Shown: positions 60,539 to 64,000 of the stretch, one piece after another
How the letters are laid out: each line of letters starts with the position of its first letter
How positions within the stretch are numbered: the stretch's first letter is position 1
Assembly: GCF_009914755.1 (NCBI RefSeq)
Contig: NC_060927.1
Length of the DNA: 64,000 bases
DNA from: the human T2T-CHM13v2.0 reference genome, Homo sapiens
Strand: one strand, 5' to 3'
Notes under the pieces: model-generated
Told to the model about the DNA's origin: nothing
What the model saw: the letters and a program-made list of their open reading frames with translations, nothing else
The model's database searches: none
Translations under genes and position numbers: made by a program

Positions 60539-61464
60539 AGTTCTATTGAAAAGCAAGTGTTCTTGTTGTCAAACTCCTCCCTCCTCTTAGACACTATTCC
60601 CTAGTGACAACTACTCCTGCTTCTGTGTTTAGCTCCTTTGGTGCATATTTTAATATGACACGTTGACACATTTTTTTCTAAATCAACTTATATATTATGT
60701 ATCTATTCCTGCTATATCACTGAAGGGTTTAGTTCATTCACACCATCAACCTTTTCTCTGCTCTTGGCACCCAACCCTTTCTCCCACAATCACAGTTTCT
60801 TAAGAAGTTAATTGAAGATGTACTTGGGTAAAAAAACAGGATGTATCAAGGATGATAAATACACAAGCACAGTGACGTGCCATCCCACTATGATAGCTGT
60901 ACTGCTGACCTAGAGGTCAGTGGACAGAACACTCTAGGAAACAGTATATAGGGAATCTATAAGATATAAACAATGTTTTACAGCTTGTACACAATAAAGA
61001 ACATTATAAAGGCATTTATAGAGTGCTAAAAAGGAGAATTCATTCTAAATTGACACTAAAAGTATTTTCCTTATAGAGGCATGGGGCTACAAAGTATATG
61101 GGGGATGAAATATAATCCTAGTGTATGACTCAGGGTTGCAACAAATTATATTTGTGTCATTATTGTAATAATAACATTTATTAGATTTGAAAGTTTGGAA
61201 CTAATCCATGTAAACATAAAGGTATATTTAAGGCTTTGTGACTTGGGTGGTGCAAAAAAGAAGGTGAAGAGAGAGGGTAGGAACATTAATATCATTTCTT
61301 ATTCTATAAAATGGGGATTCAGTGCATATTGTCTATGATTCATGAAATTCAAAATGAAGGTTTAGCTATGCTGTTTGAAATTGTAAAGGTATCAGTTGAT
61401 GAACTGAAGACAGTGATATAATTATTTGTAGGTAGGGGGATTAACTTAGTAAGAAAGGAAACAG

Positions 61465-62400
61465 AAGTGGTAAACTTTCTGATTCTTTGCCTATCTAAAA
61501 ATGTCTTTATTCAGTCCTCATACTCAACTGATAGTTTCACTTTACATAGAAATTATTTTTGTAGTGCATTACTTCAAAAGTTTTGTCATATTTGTTTTTA
61601 TACATCTAATGTTGCTGGCATCTGGTTTGATTCCTGTTTACTTCATCGGTGACCTATTTGTTTCTCTTTAAAAATATTTGTGATGTCACCTTTGAGCTTG
61701 ATGTTGATTTTTACAAGGTGTACGTAGATGTGGATTTTGTTCATTCTTTTTGCTGGGCATTTGATGGACCCTATCAACCAAAAAGTTAAATCCCTTACTT
61801 AGGGAAATTATCTTCTAATATTTATTTGATAATTTTCTACTACATCCATCCCTCCCCTTATTCTCTCATACTTAGACTGTGATTTATGAGTTACTGGGAC
61901 CTCTCTGTTTGATCCCCTGCATTAAATGTTTTCCCTTATTTACTTTGTATTTTTAATATAATTGGTTTATTTTAAAATTATTTTATAAAATTTTAGCTTT
62001 ATTTCTTCTATTGAATTTTGATTTTGAAAAAATTCATTTCCCCTTTCTAAGAGCCCTGTCTTATTCTTGTATGGCTCCATTTTTGTTGAATCCTCTTTTT
62101 GTTTTATGTATGCAGACTCTGCAGATCTTCTCTAAATATACAAGGGGAGACTTTTAAAAAGTTTTATTCTGTTCTTTAAAGGGTGTTTTCATCTCTTTGG
62201 AAGTTAACTTTTTTATTTGCCTAGTTTAGGCTTCCTCCCCCTCATTCCCATTGCTTGATTTCCTCAAATATTCACTAATCATTGCTCACCTTTTATGGTT
62301 AGAAGTGAGGTAAATAAACATTTCCTAGAAGCGCTGTAGATATAGACAGATTTGATTATTAGTCTCTTTATGGTAAACAGGCAAGAAGCTAACCCTTATA
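61465..62400 (-). mobile_element. Ancient L1M/HAL1 ORF1-region fragment
   Basis: 'gtggtaaactttctgattctttgcctatctaaaaatgtctttatt', 'ttagggaaattatcttcta'. Confidence 0.55.
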
Positions 62401-63559
62401 TTGGGGGACTGATAATGTGAGATGTTTAAGTTTTCTTCTTATATTTTATTTAGGAAAGAAACTTCTGTTTTTTGTTTTGTTTTGTTTCTTTTAACCTAGT
62501 ATAAGTGGTGTGCGGGGTATTTTACAGTATGAGGACTTCTCTTTAGAGGCTTTCATTCTAACCCCTGTCTCATCTCCCAACTCTGGTATTGTTTATATAC
62601 AGTTGTCTTTTATATTTAAAGAAGATTTTGCTATAGTTGACATTTATACTCTAAAGTGATTGAAAATACGTGCCACATGTCTATTGTCTTTTCAATTCTC
62701 AGTAACTATAGAACGTATCCTTTTATCTAAATAGTTGTAGCTGATGTGACTGATGTCTAGAGTTCTGAGTATTTCCTCTTACTTTCCTACCCCATCATGT
62801 CCAGGTTCCATGTCTTCAACTTTTATTTCACAGTAGGTGGTGTAGCAGAATGTATTGAAGAAAACTCAGTGTTTACTTACAGCATTTTATCTAGCTCTTT
62901 TGTTACCCTGCCTTTGCACAACTCAGATGAGGATATGATGTAGCTTAATTCTGTTTGATTTCAGGACCATATTATTGAATTTTTTCTTGTATGCTATAAT
63001 GTAAGAAAACTATGTTTTTGAACCAGAAATCTTCCTACAGAAATGTTGCTTTTATAGCTTCCAGCTAATTTCACAACATATGTTCTGATTTTCTACTTTT
63101 GTCTATTAGCATAGCACTTAACAGTGTTCTGTAAAAATAGCAAAAATGGATGTATTGCTAATGAATCTATCACTTGGATGTCGGGCTTCCCTAACATAAC
63201 TTAGTAAAGAACTTTTAGCTTTTTCAAGATAATCTTTCATTCCCAGCATTATTCTGCCTTTTTAAAGCAGTACATAAACTCCTGATGTATACTTATGAGG
63301 ATATACACTGGGGTAAAACAGTTCTTGAGTAATTGTCTTGAGGATTTTTGATGATTCCGACAGTGTCCACTGAGTGAAAAGTTTATCAGAAGATAGCAAG
63401 CGTATTCTAATATTGTGTTCTGAAACACGACTAAAAGAGCTTGAATAAAGCCAGATATTATAAGTGAAATTCTTGTAAGAGTAACCAAAGAACCTTGGAT
63501 TTTTAAAAATAAAACTTCTATAGGATTGATAATGATTCTTTTATTTATATGTGCAATTT

Positions 63560-64000
63560 AAATTGTTTATTGAACTCTAAATCTGTGCTAGTCAGTATAG
63601 TAGAAGATAGAAATAAAATGGCATAGAAACAGACACAATCTTTGCACTCATGAAGCTTAGAGACAAGTACAGAGAGAATTGTAATACAGGATAAGTTCAA
63701 CAAAATGTTATTTGTTATGAAACATAGGTGAATGACAGTAAACCAAGGTTTGAGTGCAGTGATAGAAGTCAGGGAAGACTTCTTAGTGGGAATAATATCT
63801 TAGATGAAATCTAAGTGATATATAGAAGCCAGGCATCTAAGAGGTTAAAGATGAATGTTTCAGAGAAAACTCCTATGGAAAATTCTGAAGTATGGATAGA
63901 AATGTGGTATAATTGAGGAACAGAATGTTCTGAGTGCTTGGAGTATTATGTTGAATTGCGGGTAATAGTGGAATAAGGTGGTAAGGCATAATAGCATGCC
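63560..64000 (-). mobile_element. L2 3' fragment
   Basis: 'tttattgaactctaaatctgtgctag...ctttgcactcatgaagcttaga...gtcagggaagacttc'. Confidence 0.65.

Overview
AT-rich primate (most likely human or great-ape) genomic DNA, dominated by interspersed repeats: L1PA, L1PB and L1M LINEs, AluJ/S/Y, MIR, L2, MaLR LTRs (THE1A, MSTA, MLT1), an ERV1 solo LTR and a partial ERVL provirus. I found no CpG island, no host protein-coding exon I can recognise, and no RNA gene. All long ORFs are decayed L1 ORF2, ERVL pol/dUTPase, MaLR internal sequence or low-complexity artefacts. Nearly all L1s and LTRs lie on the minus strand, which suggests a large intron of a plus-strand gene. I see no convincing new biological system. 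The most interesting signals are rearrangement and repair scars read directly from the sequence: (1) an inversion with a ~350-bp inverted duplication and a 34-bp templated copy (3.45-5.14 kb); (2) a young 207-bp tandem duplication; (3) two nearby L1PA copies that share apparently private mutations, suggesting gene conversion; (4) three junctions filled with nested fold-back palindromes; (5) a 60-bp orphan retro-insertion with a target-site duplication (TSD). Repeat subfamily names come from remembered consensus sequences, not a database search, and boundaries of old repeats are approximate.
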